A stretch of DNA of 64,000 nt from Parvibaculaceae bacterium. GTDB taxonomy: Bacteria > Pseudomonadota > Alphaproteobacteria > RS24. Below the pieces are notes generated by a model, which saw only the letters and a list, made by a program, of their open reading frames with translations, was not told where the DNA came from and did no database searches. How positions within the stretch are numbered: position 1 is the stretch's first letter; every line of letters starts with the position of its first letter. Location: assembly GCA_965217015.1 (NCBI GenBank), contig OZ244224.1, positions 1,595,067 through 1,659,066 on the forward strand. The letters run 5' to 3'. The position numbers were made by a program, and so were the translations under genes. Positions 1 to 15,000 of this stretch are shown piece by piece.

Positions 1-3000
1 GATGATGAAGAAACCGGCGGCAATAATCTGACGGACAGCACGGAGGCTTTGGTCGGGCTGGGCAATGCGTTTTCTGACGAAGATATATCTAGCGCCACCA
101 TTACGGATAATTTGTCTGTGGACTCTGACGCGCTTGGTGACGCGCAAGACAGTGATGAGAATAAATCACTGACCGTTGCGGCGGCGTTTGCGGTTAACTA
201 TGTGGAGGAGCTTGTCAGTGCCAAAATCGGCAATGAAAAATCCGTCACGGGCGATACGGTTTTAGTGGAAAGCTTGCGCAATATAGATGTGAGTTCTGAT
301 GCTGATGCCTCAGCAGATAGCGGGGCTTATAATCTAGGCGGCGCGGTTGGTCTTAATATTGCCGATATGCAAAACCTTGCTGAACTCGGCACAAATGTTT
401 TGGTTGATGGTCGAGAGGTGACCGTGCGGGCGGGCATGCGGAGCCTGACAGATGGCGATACAACAGATGCGCAAAATGCCATAAAGGCAGATGCCACTGC
501 GGGTGTTGGCACGGGTGAGTTTTCGCTGGCAGGCGCAGTGGGCCTAAATGTTATACTGCGCAATCAAACCAGCGCTGCTTTGGTGGCCTCAGCAACAGTG
601 GAAGCTGATGAGCTTATTTTGGTCGATACGCTTTCGACCAATGATTACACAGTTAAAGGCAAAGCAACAGTCGGTGACACAGCGCGGGTCTTCAGCGGTA
701 TTGAAGGGTATTTATCCTCTTTAGATAATTTCACGGCTTTGGTTGGTGGCGTCAGCACAGCTTTAGGCGTTGGCACGGCTGATGATAGCCCCGCGCCAGC
801 TTCTGATGATGATGACGAAGCGGGCGAAGGTAATGTCGGGATTGGGGCTGGCTTTGGCGTTAATGTTGTTCTCAATGACACCACCACAAGCCGCATTGCC
901 GATAATGCAACAATCACGGCACATAATGCGCCGACCACAAATATAACTGTCACGGCATCGGGGCAATCCAATGTCACCACAAGCGCGGAAGCGGGTGCCA
1001 AGCCTGATGAGGCAAGCGGCTCTACAGCCAAAACATCACTTGATGCTGCCGTCGCGGTGGCCGTGGTGACAAAATCAGTAACGGCAGAAATAGGCTCTGG
1101 CAATAATCTTGACCAGCTTAATAATTTAACCATTGAAGCGATAGGCGGCGGTCATGCGCGCTCGCATGCTTTTGGTGAGGTCGAGGCAGAAGAGTCGGCT
1201 GTCGGTGCGAGTGTCGCGGTGGCGGTGATTGACGAAAATGTATCGGCCAACCTTAATCGTTCAGTTTTGACCAGCGCGGGCATATCTGTGACAGCACGCA
1301 CCAACTCGACAGATATTGCCCTAGCCGATGCTGTTGCAGCAGGAACGGTGGTGCGCAAATATGCCGATAAGCTCAATCTGGACACAGATAATTTGCTGGG
1401 CTCGGATTCATTGAGCCGCGATAGTGATGCTGAAGATAATCCGGCCAGCATGAAAGCGCTGGGTGGCGGTTTTTCTGGCGGCGATGGTGCCGGGTTTGAT
1501 TTAACAGGCGATAACACAGATGCTGGCAGCGGCGGCAGTGACAACCAGCAATCCGGTTCGGTCAATATTGCTGCTTCAGTCGCGGTCAATTGGACCGACC
1601 ATGACAGCATAGCGCAGATTGGCGATGGGGTGAGCTTGACCTCTACTGGCAATGTGAGTGTGTTGTCCGATAATGATGTGAACTATCGCACACGCGGTTC
1701 GGGCATGGCGGTTTTTGCCGATAATGCGATTGGTGTGGGTGTTGGCATTTTGAAAACCGGCCAAGACACGCAGGCCATTATTGGTGACAATGTGACCATC
1801 ACGGCAGCGCAAAATGTTTCCGTGCGGGCGTTGACTTCTGAAAATCAGGGAACAGACCCGATAGGCAATGCGTCATTTGGCAGCTATGCATCAGCTGAAG
1901 GGGTTGCGGGCGCGGGCGGCGGTGATTTGGGTGTCGCGGGCGCGCTTGGGCTGGTTTATTCGGGCGACAGCCAGTTTGCCGGCATTGGAATTGGCGCAGA
2001 TATTACCCATAGCGGCAATTTGATTGTGCAATCACAAGCCACCAATAAAATTGTTACGCGCGCATGGGCTTTAGCCGTTGCGAGCGATGCCACCTGCTCG
2101 GATCCGGGCAATTGTAATTCCGACAGCAATAAAACAGCAGTGGGCGCGTCCATTGCGGTCAATGTCATCACCGACACAAATTATGTTGAACTGGCAGAAG
2201 ATGGCAGCTTTACGACAGGCGGCACGGCGACGGTTGAGGCAGAAGATTTAAGCCCGTCAAACGCCGCATTTGATTTAGACCCTGAAGGTGACGGCACCAC
2301 CACAGAAGAATATTTAACCACCAATTACACCACGATTTTGCAAAATGCCTCTTATTATGCCGAGGCGATTGCTGGTGGCGCAGCGCAAGGCGGCAATGCC
2401 GGCTCTGGTTCATTAGCGGTGACGGTTTCACTTGGTTCAACAAAAGCTTTAATTGGCGAGGGCGTGAGCTTAAGCGCTGATGCGTTGACATTGCGCGCCT
2501 ATAATGAGTCCGATGCCCGCCATTTGGTTGGGGCGCTGGCGATTGCTGAGAAAAAAGCCATAGGCGGGTCTCTGTCTGGGATATATTTGCGCGAAGATGT
2601 GTCGGCACTGGTTGGCACTGATGGCGATGCGGATTCAGGGGCCACCACAACGCTTGAAACCAGCGAGGGGGATTTGATAATTCAAGCCGAGGCGGACCAA
2701 GAAAACATCACGCTGATGGCTGCGGGCGGCGTTTCCACCAATGAGCTGGCTTTGTCTGGCGCGCTGGGTGTGAATGTTATGGACACAGATATTGAGGCGC
2801 GGGTCACCGAAGATGCGGTGATCAATGCCCATGCAGGCGATGTGCGCCTAGAGGGTGATAGCACCAGCCGCATCAAGAACTTTGCCCTTGCCGTCAGCGG
2901 CTCTGGCGGGTCAGACTCGGCAGGCGGGTCTTTGGCACTCAATTTATTTCTGACCGATAAAAAGGCTGAGCTTGGGCAATCCGCTAGTGTTGATAATAAT

Positions 3001-6000
3001 ATCAACACCTATGCGGCGAACGCCTTGCGGGTTGATGTTGATGCCACACAAGACATTATCAATGGCGTGATATCGGCGGGCGTTTCCACCTCTGGCAATG
3101 CCATATCAGGCGCGCTGTCGTCCAATATTATTAAAGGTGACACTGTCGCCGCGCTTTATCAGGGCGTGACGGGTGAAGTGATTGGGTCGCATAGCTCTGT
3201 CTTTGACACTGGGGTTTTTGTGACTGCCAATGACACCTCTAACATCACCGATTTAACGGGCACGCTGGCGGCTTCCAATAGCACATCTGTTGGTGTTGCC
3301 TTGGGCGCGAATGTGTTCTGGAAAAATGTCAATGCCGTGCTCGATGGCACCCTCACCCCCGCTGGTCAGGTTGATGTGACGGCTGAGACCGAACAAAACC
3401 TCACCGCAACAGTGGTCGGCATTGCGGGCTCATCAGGTGGTTTTTCTGGCGCAGGCTCAGTGTCGGCTGGGGTGGTAAAATCTATCACTGAAGCCAAAAT
3501 TGGCGGCAATGCGGATATTGATGCTGATGGTTCGGTCATGCTGCATGCGGGCGATGACACAGATATTTTTATGCTCGAACCGGCGGCGAGTTTCTCATCA
3601 GGCGGCACTGCGCTGGCTGGTGCGGTGGGCGCGGCGGTGTTTATTGGCACAACCAAAGCACGGATTTATGATGGCGCAATTGTTGATGCACAGGGCCAAA
3701 CGGCCATGCAGGTGGAGCTGGATAGCGTCACCACCAGCTCACCCCTACTAGATGGCATTTTCAGTGGCGATGACGAGCAGACGCGTTCGGCGCTCTCTAG
3801 CTTTAATGACAGTTTCACCTTTGACAATGTGAAGGATTTATTCCTCACCGAAACCCGCAACACCGAAACTCGTTATGGCGTGTCGGTCAGTGCTGTGTCT
3901 GACCAAGATGTGATTTCAATTGCGGCTTCTGGCGCGGTGTCTTCGGATAGCGCGATTGCTATTTCGCTTTCTGCTGGTGTTGGGGTTAGCACAACAGAAG
4001 CCTCTATTGGTTCGGCAACAGTGCGCACAACAGGCGGCGGTAATAATGCAGATGTGATGGCCCGCGCTATATCCGACACATATTGGGTGGACTTGTCTGC
4101 TGCATTGGGGGCTGGCACAGGCTCGGCTGGTGTGGGTGTGGGCGGCGATGTTGTTGTGCAGGTGAAAAACACCTATGCCTTTATTGAAAACGGCGCTGAT
4201 ATTGACGCTGACGGCGATGTTATTGTCAATGCGGATAATAAAGACCGCGTGGTTAATTCAGCGGCTACATTGGGTCTTGGCTCAAGCGCGGGTGTGGCTG
4301 GCACGGCGGCGGTTGGGGTGATGGTCAATGACACCAAAGCTTGGGTTGATGGCAATGTTGCTGCGCAAAATGATATGACAGTGCGCGCCGATGCTGATAG
4401 CGATTTGATCCAAATTGCGGGCGGCATTGGTGGCGGCAGCTCGGCAGGGATTGGCGCCTCATTTGGCGTGGCTTATGTCAAAAATACAACTGAAGCATAT
4501 ATTGACAATGACGCGGTCACTAACGCATCTGGCGATACAGTTGTGGCGGCCAATACGGGTGAGAATTCTGTGGCGGCGGTGATTGCTGGCGGCATTGGTG
4601 GCTCTGTTGGGGTTGCGGTCTCGGCGGGCATTAAAATTCATGAGTCCAATACACGCGCATATATTAAAGGCAGCGTGAACCAAGATGTCGCTTTTGCGCA
4701 GGCTGGGCAAAATGTTGATGTCGAAGCATTAAATCGTGTGACCACAATTGATGTTGTGGGCGGGATAGCCGGTGGTGGCACAGTCGGCGTTGGGGTGTCG
4801 CTTAACGCGCTGGTCGTTCACAATAATGCTCAGGCCTATATTGGCGGCGGCACCAATACGCGGGTTTCGGCTTATGACAATATCGATGTGACCGCGGACT
4901 CCGATAAAAACACCAAAAACTTTACGCTTGCTGGCGCGGCTGCGGGGACAGTCTCCGTGGCTGGCAATGTGGCGGTGATTTTGGTTGGCGCGACCAATGA
5001 TGATGAGTCCAATGAGTATATGGAAGATGGCGAAGACGGCAATTATATCACGCATACCAATGAGCGCATTAACGCCATAAATCTGAGTGAGATATTAAGC
5101 GATGATGCGTCAGATGGCGATTATGCCCGCACGGGTGATGCGGTTACAGAAATTGGCACTGTTTATAATGCGAATAAAGCCAATGCCGATATTGCGGGCA
5201 GCTTTACCCCATCTGACTCCAATCTGTCGCGCAATAAAACTCAAGCCTTTGTTGAAAATGGCGCGACAGTAACCGCAGGCGGCAATTTAACTTTGCGCTC
5301 TGATGACACGATTACGACAATTTTCACAGCGGGCGCGGTTGGCGGCGCTGGTGTTGTTGGGGTCGGGGCGACGGTTGGGACGCTGGTCTTTAACACCAGT
5401 TCAGAGTCATATATTGACAGCAATGCCAGTGTGAATGTTAGCGAGGATACGCTTATTCATGCCAGCACGGCAGAGTCTGTCGGCTCTGGTGCGCTTTCAG
5501 CGGGTGGGGCTGGTATTACTTCCGTGCAGGGTGTGGTGATGACCCAAGCCACCTATTCGCGCGCCCGTGCCTTTATTGAAGATAATGCCCTGCTGAACCA
5601 AACTGACAATAGCAATGACACACAATCTGTTTCGGTGCTGGCGACCAGCGATACCGATTTGGTCACTTTCTCAGGTTCAGGTGGCGGCGCTTTGGTTGGG
5701 GTTGGCATTACAGGCGATGTGATGATTTTGGAAAAAGAAACCCGCGCCTGGATTGGAGAAGATGCGCAAGTGGCCTCGGGCGGTGATATTGCGGTTGATG
5801 CGCGCTCACAAGAAGATTTACTGCAAATCGCCATGTCCATAAATGGCGGCTTGGTGGGTGTGACGGGCGCTGCTGGTGTGGTTGTGGTCAGCAATTTAAC
5901 GGAAGCAGAAATTGAAGATGGTGCGGTTGTTACCGCCGATGATTCCATTCGTGTGCAGGCCACTGATGATAGCGAGATTGATGCGATTATCATAACAGGT

Positions 6001-9000
6001 GCGGGCGGTGCGGTTGGCGTTGGCGGGTCGGTTGGGACATATGTTTTAGAAAACATCACCCGGGCGCAAATTGAGCAAAATGCGCAAGTCACTGCGCTGG
6101 CAGAAACCGCAGGCGATGGCATTGCGGCGTTGACGGGGGCCATTACCAATACCGCCCAAACCAGCACACAAGCGGTGCGTCAGCAAGATGGTAGCCTGCA
6201 AGACCAAACCATCACCACCAATGATACAAATTTTGTTTCTGGCAATGCATCGGGTCTGGTGGTGGCGGCCGTCACGCAGGAAGATATTGATTTGGCGCCA
6301 GTTGGTTTGGCGATTGGCGCGGTAGGCGTTGTCGGTACTATCGCCACAACCGTGACGGACTCAACAACAGAAGCTCTGATTGGGCAAAGCGCAACCATTA
6401 ACAGCGACAATACAGGTGCGGGGAATTTACAGTCTCTTGCCCTGTTGGCCAAATCCGATACGCGCTTAAATAATGTGAGCGCGGGACTGGCTTATGGCGG
6501 TGTTGGTGTTGCCAATGATTTGGATACGCAGGTCTATGAAAAAACAGTCCGCGCACGCATGTTGGGTACCGTCCAAGTGGAGCGCGATGTTGATGTCACC
6601 GCTTTTAACCGTGACCGCGTGATGCAGACAATGGTAAGTTCTGCCATTGGGGCGTCAGATGGTATTGGCGGATTGGTCGGCGTATCAGTAATCGCTGATG
6701 AGGTGGTCGCCGAGATTGGTGATGGCGCAAGCGTTACCGCCAAGCGTGATATTACGGTTGATAGTGATCAGGATATTTCCATTGTGCAAACTGGGGGCAA
6801 TGTCTCTGGCGGTGGCGGCACAGGTGTTGGCGCCTCACTGGGCGTGTTGGTTGCCAAATCCAGCAATACAGCGCGCATTGGCGACAATGCAACCATCACC
6901 GCCTATCGCGATTTGGATGTTTTGGCCAATACGCTGACCAATATAAATCAAAATGTGATTGGTTTTGGCGGCGGCGGCACAGCGGCGATTGTTGGGTCGG
7001 TTGGTATCAATATGCTGAAGACCACAACGCTGGCAGAAATTGGTGCCAGCACAAATGTGAATGCGACGGCAAATCCGGATTATGATGCAACACAATCTGT
7101 CACGCTCACGGCAACAGATAGCGTCACCACGCAAGGTGCGGCGGGTGCGGGTGCGATTGGCGGCGCGGCAGGGGTTGGTGTGGGTATTACTGTCACTGTC
7201 ACGCGCAATTCAACCTTGGCGCGGATTGGCAATAATAGTGTGATTAAGGCGCAAGATGATATTTCGGTTGCGGCTGATGCCACCAAAAATATTTCAAATC
7301 AGGGCATTGCGGCAGCGGGCGGCATTGGGCTCGGCGCAGCTGGGTCAGTGGCGTTGACCTTAATTGGCGGCTCCATGTCAGAAGATGGTAGCGACGCGTT
7401 GAGTAATGATAATGGCAGCATTATTGGCGAGGCAGACCAGTCCATCACAAGCAATCGCAACGCCAATCAGTCAGAGGGTGGTCAGGAAAATACCAATACA
7501 AGCCGATTAGATGATTATGACACAAACAGTAAAGTGACCACCCAAACCGCGAATTTGCAGTCAGATATTGAGGGTGACGGCACAGACTCCACGCTGACGC
7601 AAATTGGCGATAGCGTGCAGTTGGTCGCAGGCGATGATATTGGCCTTGCAGCAGAAGAAACCATCAGCTTGAGCCAAATTGCGGGCGGTGCGGCTGGGGG
7701 TGCGGTTGGCATTGGCGGCTTTGTGGCGGTGGGCGATTATAACGGCTCTGTGCGCACAAGCGTTGGTGATAATAGCGCGCTGACACTGGGCGGCGACTTA
7801 ACCCTGACCGGTGTTCTCAATAGCGGTGCGGATAAAAATATCACCGTGCCGCTGGCTGATGATATTACAGTTAAGGCGGTGAATTCGACTGTCATTGGCG
7901 CCTCGATTGGGTTGCTGGGCGCTAATGTGACCGTCTCGCAGCTTAACTTAAATGAAAATGTGACCGCCGCGATGGGGGATAATGTCAGCGTCACCTCCAC
8001 CTCGTCTGATATGGATAGCGATGTCACCATTCAGGCCACGCGTGATGTTGATGCAGAAACAAATGTGCTGGGGCTTGCGGCAGGCGCTGTTGCGGCAGGG
8101 GTCAGCGTTGCTGGCGTGAACGCATCAGGCGATGCGGTGGCCTCGATTGGGAATAATACCAGCCTTGGCAGTAATACCACGCGGCTGGGCGCGGTGACTT
8201 TGCAGGCCTTAAATGCCTCAACTCAAAATGTCCGTGCGGTGGCGGGCGGCATTGGCTATTTGGGTGCGGGTGTTGGCGCGGGCGCCACTGTTACCGATAG
8301 CGGCACCACCCGCGCGTCCATTGGCACGGGCAGCGCGGTTTATGGCGGTGGTCTGGTAACGGTCAGCAGTCTTGACCGCGCGCGTAATTATGGCAACGCG
8401 GTCGGCGTTGCAGTGTCGGCAGGCTTTTCAATGTCGGGCATTATTTCGCGGGTCTCAGCAGACCGCGATGCCTATACATTGATTGGCGACAATGCCACAT
8501 TGGTTGGTAATGGGTTGCAATTATCCTCAACCATTGGTGAAAGCGGTCAAAACATGGCCGATTCAGATGTGATTGGCGCCACGGGCGGCATTGTGGCGGG
8601 CTCAGGCTCCGAAAGCACGGTGTCGGCTGATGCAGACACAAAAGTTCAGCTTGGTAATAATGTCACCTTGAAAAGCAATGCATTGCTGGCTGGTGAAGAA
8701 ACCGCAGGCGGCGCGCTGAACATCAATGCGACGAATTTAGCGCGCATTGATAATGACAGTCGCGCCGTCGCAGCGGGGGTTGCGGCATTGGGCGTGCATT
8801 TGACACACAGCACTTCAAGCGGGGATAGCCGCATTGTGTTTGGCACGAACACAGACTTAATGTCGATGGACGATATTGCGATTGCTAGCTTAAGTGACCG
8901 TGATAGCCGCGCGCAGGCGATTGCAGGCGCGGGCGGTCTGGTGGCGGCTAATGGTGCGGAATCCACCGTCACGCATCAGTCTAATGTGGGCGTCATCGCT

Positions 9001-12000
9001 GCCAATGGTACTTCGGCTGGCAATGGGCTGGGTATTTCTGCGGCAGGCAGCCTTGTGGTCACAGCCATAAATAATGATAGCTATGATGCGTCTATGGATG
9101 CTGGCGCGGTGGCACTGGGCGGGGTGACAGGAGCTGTGGCGCGCATGACGGGCAGTGCCAACACCTCAATTGATTTTGGTGACTATGCCGATATAACCAG
9201 TCATGGTCTGGTGGTGACGGCAGATAATAATCTCACCAAATCTGGTTTAGATGATAATTTCAAATTTGACGGCGGCGGTGCGATTTCCATAACCATAGGT
9301 GATAGCCGCACCCGCCATGCGCAAAATGCACTGGTCGATTTTGGCGATAATTCCAATGCCGTTATTTCTGGTTCTAAAACGGACAATCAGGACGCGGTGA
9401 TTACCTCGCGCGTCAATATTGTCGCTGATGATGAGGCCATTATTAACACAGGCGCGCTGGTCGGCGTGCCGGTTTCGGACACACAAATTATTGCCAACTC
9501 CACGGCGCGCATCAATATGGGCAGCAATAGCGGCCTTTACACACAGCGCGGCGATGTCACTTTATTGGCAGATACGCTGTCTTCTATTGATGCTGATGCG
9601 CGCACATCTGTTTGGGGGCTGGCCGGTGTGGGCGCAACCGGCTTGTCCGATATTTCTATGACAGGGCGCAACACGGTTGATATTGGCACGGGCACGCAGC
9701 TGGTGGCCAATGGATATTTAACCGCCAATGCAGGGCGCGAAGCCAGCCTGAACCGCATCACGGCGCAAACGAATATTTACAACAACACATTGATTGCGGG
9801 GATATTTGGCGAGAAATCTGACGCCCGGCTTAGCCTGAATTCAAATGTGAATATCGCTGAAAGTGCAGCAATGCGGTCTGCGCAAAATATGATTATTGAA
9901 GCCAGCACGGGTGTGCGCAGTGCCAATGCGGTTGGCTATAAAGAATGGCTGCAATATATCGGCATCGCTGTGGTGCCGATTAATGGCAGTTTTGGCAATG
10001 CGCAATTAGCAGGTAACAGCAATATCAATGTGTCTGGCACGCTCGAAACCGGTGTCTATCATGAGCAATATATCGGCTTTGGCACAGATTTTGGCACTTT
10101 CCGCGAGGACCCTGACAATCCGGGCGCTGTTGAAAAAATGTCAGTAACGCAGGCAGATGGCGTCTGGACGCGTTCTGATGGAACACAAATGGATGTGCCA
10201 GTGGTGGATAGTTATTCTGATGATAAAACCACAACCATGCGTTCTAATGATTTTGTGCGCTGGCGGTTTGATCCAAACCGCGACCTTTCGCAGGATATTG
10301 ATACGGAGATTAACCAGCTAGAAGTGGCCAAATTGCGCAGCTTTAATTCTGAGGCTGCCGATGCGTTAGCGGATAAACAAACCAACTTACTGGCCGAGCA
10401 GACTTTTTATCAAGGGTTGCAGTCTGGGCAGATGACGGCGGCAGATGTTTTGGCGACGCTTCAGAACCAGCTTGCCGCTAAGCAAACGGAATATAATAAT
10501 GCTGACCCGGCAGACCAGCCCGACATCCAAACAGAAATAGATGACATTCAAAGCCAGATTGATAATTTCTCGCTGACCGATGAAGATGTTGCCGATAATG
10601 TGGATTATACCGATGTGTTGGCGGATATCGCGACAGAGCTGACTGATATTCAGTCGCAGATTGACAGCTTCGACTCCTCTGGCGACCCGGCAACTGTGAC
10701 CAAAATCAATAATGAAATTGCATTTCTAGAAGCGAAAAAAGCCAATCTTAATCAAGGCTCTGTTGATGTGATTGTGGTGGAAGATATTTTTGCCGCAACG
10801 GGGCATATTTATACCAAAGCCGATAATTTGACTGGCACGAATACAGGCCAGCTCATTTCAAATCATGAGGTTTCGGTCACCATTCGCAATGATAGCAATT
10901 CGCCAATTGAAATTAGTGATATTGATGTGCCGCGCAGTCCGGGCGGGTCGATATATTTCAATGAAGTTCTGGTGCAGAGCCAGCAAGACATTGCTAATCT
11001 GAACAGAAATAATGACGCGCAAACCGATTTCGGCCTCACCTCATCGCCGGGTAACTTCACCACAAGCGTTCAAATTGATGGCCGATATAACCCGAATTCC
11101 TCAGCCTATAATCCTGATGTGAGCGTGCCAATAAAAGCTCCATCTATGATTTTAAGTGGCACCATAATGAACCGTGCCGGCAGTGTGAATGTGGTGAATA
11201 AAAATGGCTCCATTTATTCTGATGGCCAGATACAGGCGCGCCGCATTAAGGTAACCTCTGGTGGCGCATTCTTCGTTAATGATAAAACGCCAGGTATTTA
11301 TAATGTTGGCGCCGCCCCCACAGCCGATACGCGCAGCAATAATAGCGACCCGCAAGGTTATGGTGATGTCGCTGCGGCGCGTACCGATAATATCGGCCAG
11401 CCCGATGCTGACCTTGGCGGGTGCACGGGCACGCCCTCTTATGCCATGCCGCATGATAATGGCGGGGTGAATAATAATACCGAAAGCTGCCATGTCGGCA
11501 CAGTGAACCAAAGCGATGATGAGTCAGCGCGCCTATTTGGTGACGAAGTTTATATTGTTGCCAACACCATTAATGTTAACGGATTGATACAATCTGGTGT
11601 TGCGAATAAATCCATTACCATCAATGAAACCTATGATGCCTTTACCAATAATGATGGCGTATCGAATTATACGCTGGCAGATGTGGCGCTGGACTTGAAC
11701 GGGGAAACTGGCGCCAATCGCGAGGGTATTGGCGGGGTAACGGCTGAATATAATGCGGCTGAAGATGTGATTGAGGTGTCGGGTCTTGAGGCCAAGGGCG
11801 GTAAGGTGACATTGGTCGGCAAGCTTATCAGCACTGGCAATGGCGAAATAAAAGTCCTTGATGGCTATGGCACTTTTAATGTCAATAATTTGTCCGATAA
11901 AGATGTCCGTATCAATTATGCCAATTTGGGTGAGGTCGAAGGCGTTGTCACCCTCATTGATGATGCCTTTGCCGATAGCAATGGCGTGCCGCGTGTGACT

Positions 12001-15000
12001 CAATATACGCGCATTGGGGATACATTGACTGTGCGCAATAATGTCGGCACCAATAGCTCAAACCCGACGGAGCTTGTCAGCTCAGCGGCGGGGCGCGATG
12101 CACAATATGCGGTCAAAGACGGCATGCGGTATTATTGGATTGAGGGTGAGTCACTTGATATTACGCGGGTTTATAGAACGGACCGCCGGAAAAAAGTATT
12201 GATTGGGATTAATATTGGTGAGGAAACCAATTTCCGCCCGCCAGCGAGTTCTTTCACCAGCCAAGAAATTCCTGCAGATATGTTGCCAAGCGCGGATTAT
12301 GCGGCGATTGATACATCGGTCACTGATGATTATCGCTTCCGTATGCGCTATGACGAAACCTATTATGATATCAACACGGTGCGTGATCCTGACCCGCCAA
12401 GTTGCTATCGCGTCGGCGCAAGCTGGGCTCCGCTTTATGAAGACTGTAGTTGGACAAATGTCAGCACAGAAATCAGCCGCGGTTCTTTATTCTATTATCA
12501 AGATGTTTCGGCAGACCGCCAGATTGGCATTGAATTTATAGGCAGCGATACCGGCACATTTAATGTCACCTCTGGTAGCGGGATTCAAATTGGCGGGGAG
12601 ATTAATGCAGTCAATACGGCGACAACCCTAACGGCAAATAATGGGGATATTACTGCCCTCAATAATAATGCGGTGATTGAGGTTGATGATGTGACGCTGA
12701 GCGCAACAGGCAGCATTGGTAGCGCCACGACGGCGCTCAAACTGGTGCAAGATGCCGCTGATACGATTACGGCGAGTGCTGGCAATGGGGTTTATTTAAG
12801 CTCAGAAAATGGTGATTTGCGCTTTGCCAGCCTCGTCAATAGCGCAGGCGATATTGACCTGCAAGCCAGTGAAAATATTTACCTCACCACGACAGATAAT
12901 GCGTTGACGGGCGAGAATATAAATCTGCGGGCTAATTATGGCGAGCTGGCGGATCTTTCTGGCAACGCCATTCGGGTGAATACAGGCGATGGCACGCTGA
13001 GCGCTTTCTCGCGCGCAGGCAATATTGCGATTGTTGAAACACAAGGCGATTTACGCGTGCGCCAGATTGATACATTTGGCAATGTGTCGATTGCTGTGCC
13101 AACAGGCAGCCTGCTTGATGGCAATCAGGAGCAAACCGATGATGCGGCAACCCAAGAAGCGCTTTTGAGCCTTTGGGCTGATTTGCGGTTAACCGGTGAT
13201 GATGCACTCACTAAGCGCAATGAACAAATGGTCTCTTATCGCCGCAGCATGGAACAGCTTTATGGCGATTATTGGGGTTTGAGAAATTTGACTCAAAATG
13301 CTGACGGGTCTTATTCAGCAGATGCTTATGATGCGAATTTCAATTATACAGTGACGGCTGAAGAGCGCGCCGAAATCGCCAACGGGAGTTTTGTGGCCCA
13401 GAGCAATGCGCTTTATCAAGACTATTGGCAATTGCGCGATGTGCAGCAAAATGCTGATGGGGATTATATCGCGCAGGCTTATAATCCGAACTTTATTTAT
13501 GTGCCAACGGCTGAGGAAGAAACAGCCCTAAATAATGATCCAGATTTGATTGCCCAGCTTAAGCTCGATAAGCAAGCGCGCTACCAGCAGGGTTATGAAC
13601 GCTTTGGTACGCTTGATTATAATCCGAGTTTTGATTTTACCAATATTGCGGTTGCGCAATATGAGGCATCTCGCGAAGCGCGCTACCAGCAGGCTTATGA
13701 AAAATTTGGTGATGCGGCCTATCAGCAGGGCTTTACTTATAGCGCGGGGGACACAGAAACCACCGCCCTCACGGCTGGCTTTGCTTGGGATCAAGAGCAT
13801 TTAGAAGCGCCATTGCCAGGCCAAGCGTTTAAGGACATTACCGATACAAGCGCCTTTATTGAGGCCAGCAATATTATTGGTGACGATATTACTCTGTCGG
13901 TTGCTACAGGCAATATAGGGACTTTCACGGATACCACGCAATTCGAGATTGCAGATGTTTATGCCAAGCGCCTGACAGATGAGCAAAAAGTTCTGCTGGC
14001 CGCGGCGGAAGCTGATGATGTGGATTACAACCAAACAACCGGGCTTGTGACGCTGACGCAAAGAGATGATTTGGATATCCAAACCCGCAACGCAGACAGT
14101 GCTGTTATTGTAAGCGCGCCACAGGGTTATGCCTTTTTGGGCGGTGAAACCAGCGTCAATATCAGCTCATTTAATGTTTTTGGTGATTTGCGCCTCAAAG
14201 TGTCCGGCAATATTTATAATATTGCAGATGCGGGTGTGGTTGCGCTCAATTCTGATAATTTGGTCTTGGAGGCAGCTACAGGCAGCATTGGGGCAGGTGA
14301 TAAATCATTGCTGATTGATATTGATGATGGCTACAGCCTGACGGCGCGGGCGCAAACAGGGCTTTGGCTTGAAGAGGCTGCCGGTGATGTGCGTGTCGGG
14401 CAGCTCTATTCGCCTAATGAAATTAACCTGATATCGCCAGGGGCAATTTATGATGCCAATGCGGATTTAATTACCGATATTAAGTCTAATGCGGTGACGC
14501 TTGTCGCGGCCAATTCGATTGGTGGGGTCGCGGCTGATGGGGATAGCGATACGCAAATTGGTCAAAAAGCATTAGATTTGGCAACCACCAGCCTGACGGA
14601 GTCAAGATTTACCCTGACATCACAAAATGCAGGCGCCGCGCTGTATAATGCGTTTGGCACGCAATTACGCCTCACCCAGCTTTCAACGCAAAATGATATT
14701 GCGCTTATGGCCATTGGTGATGCGCGCATTGGCGGTGAGGTGAACACCAATGGTCATGATTTTGGTATGATAGGCTTCTCCGATATTGTGTTTGATGATG
14801 AAGACAATGCCGTTTTCCGAAATACAGCTGTTAATTTAAGCGCAACGGCCAATATGCAGATTGATACGCGCTTGGAGACGCAGGGCGGCAATCTGACGAT
14901 GGATATTGTTGGTGCTTTCGGGCAAAGCGCAACCGGTGAGATTTTAACCGGCGGCGGTAATCTCAATGTCACAAATGGCGGTGGCACAACCCTAAGCGGC

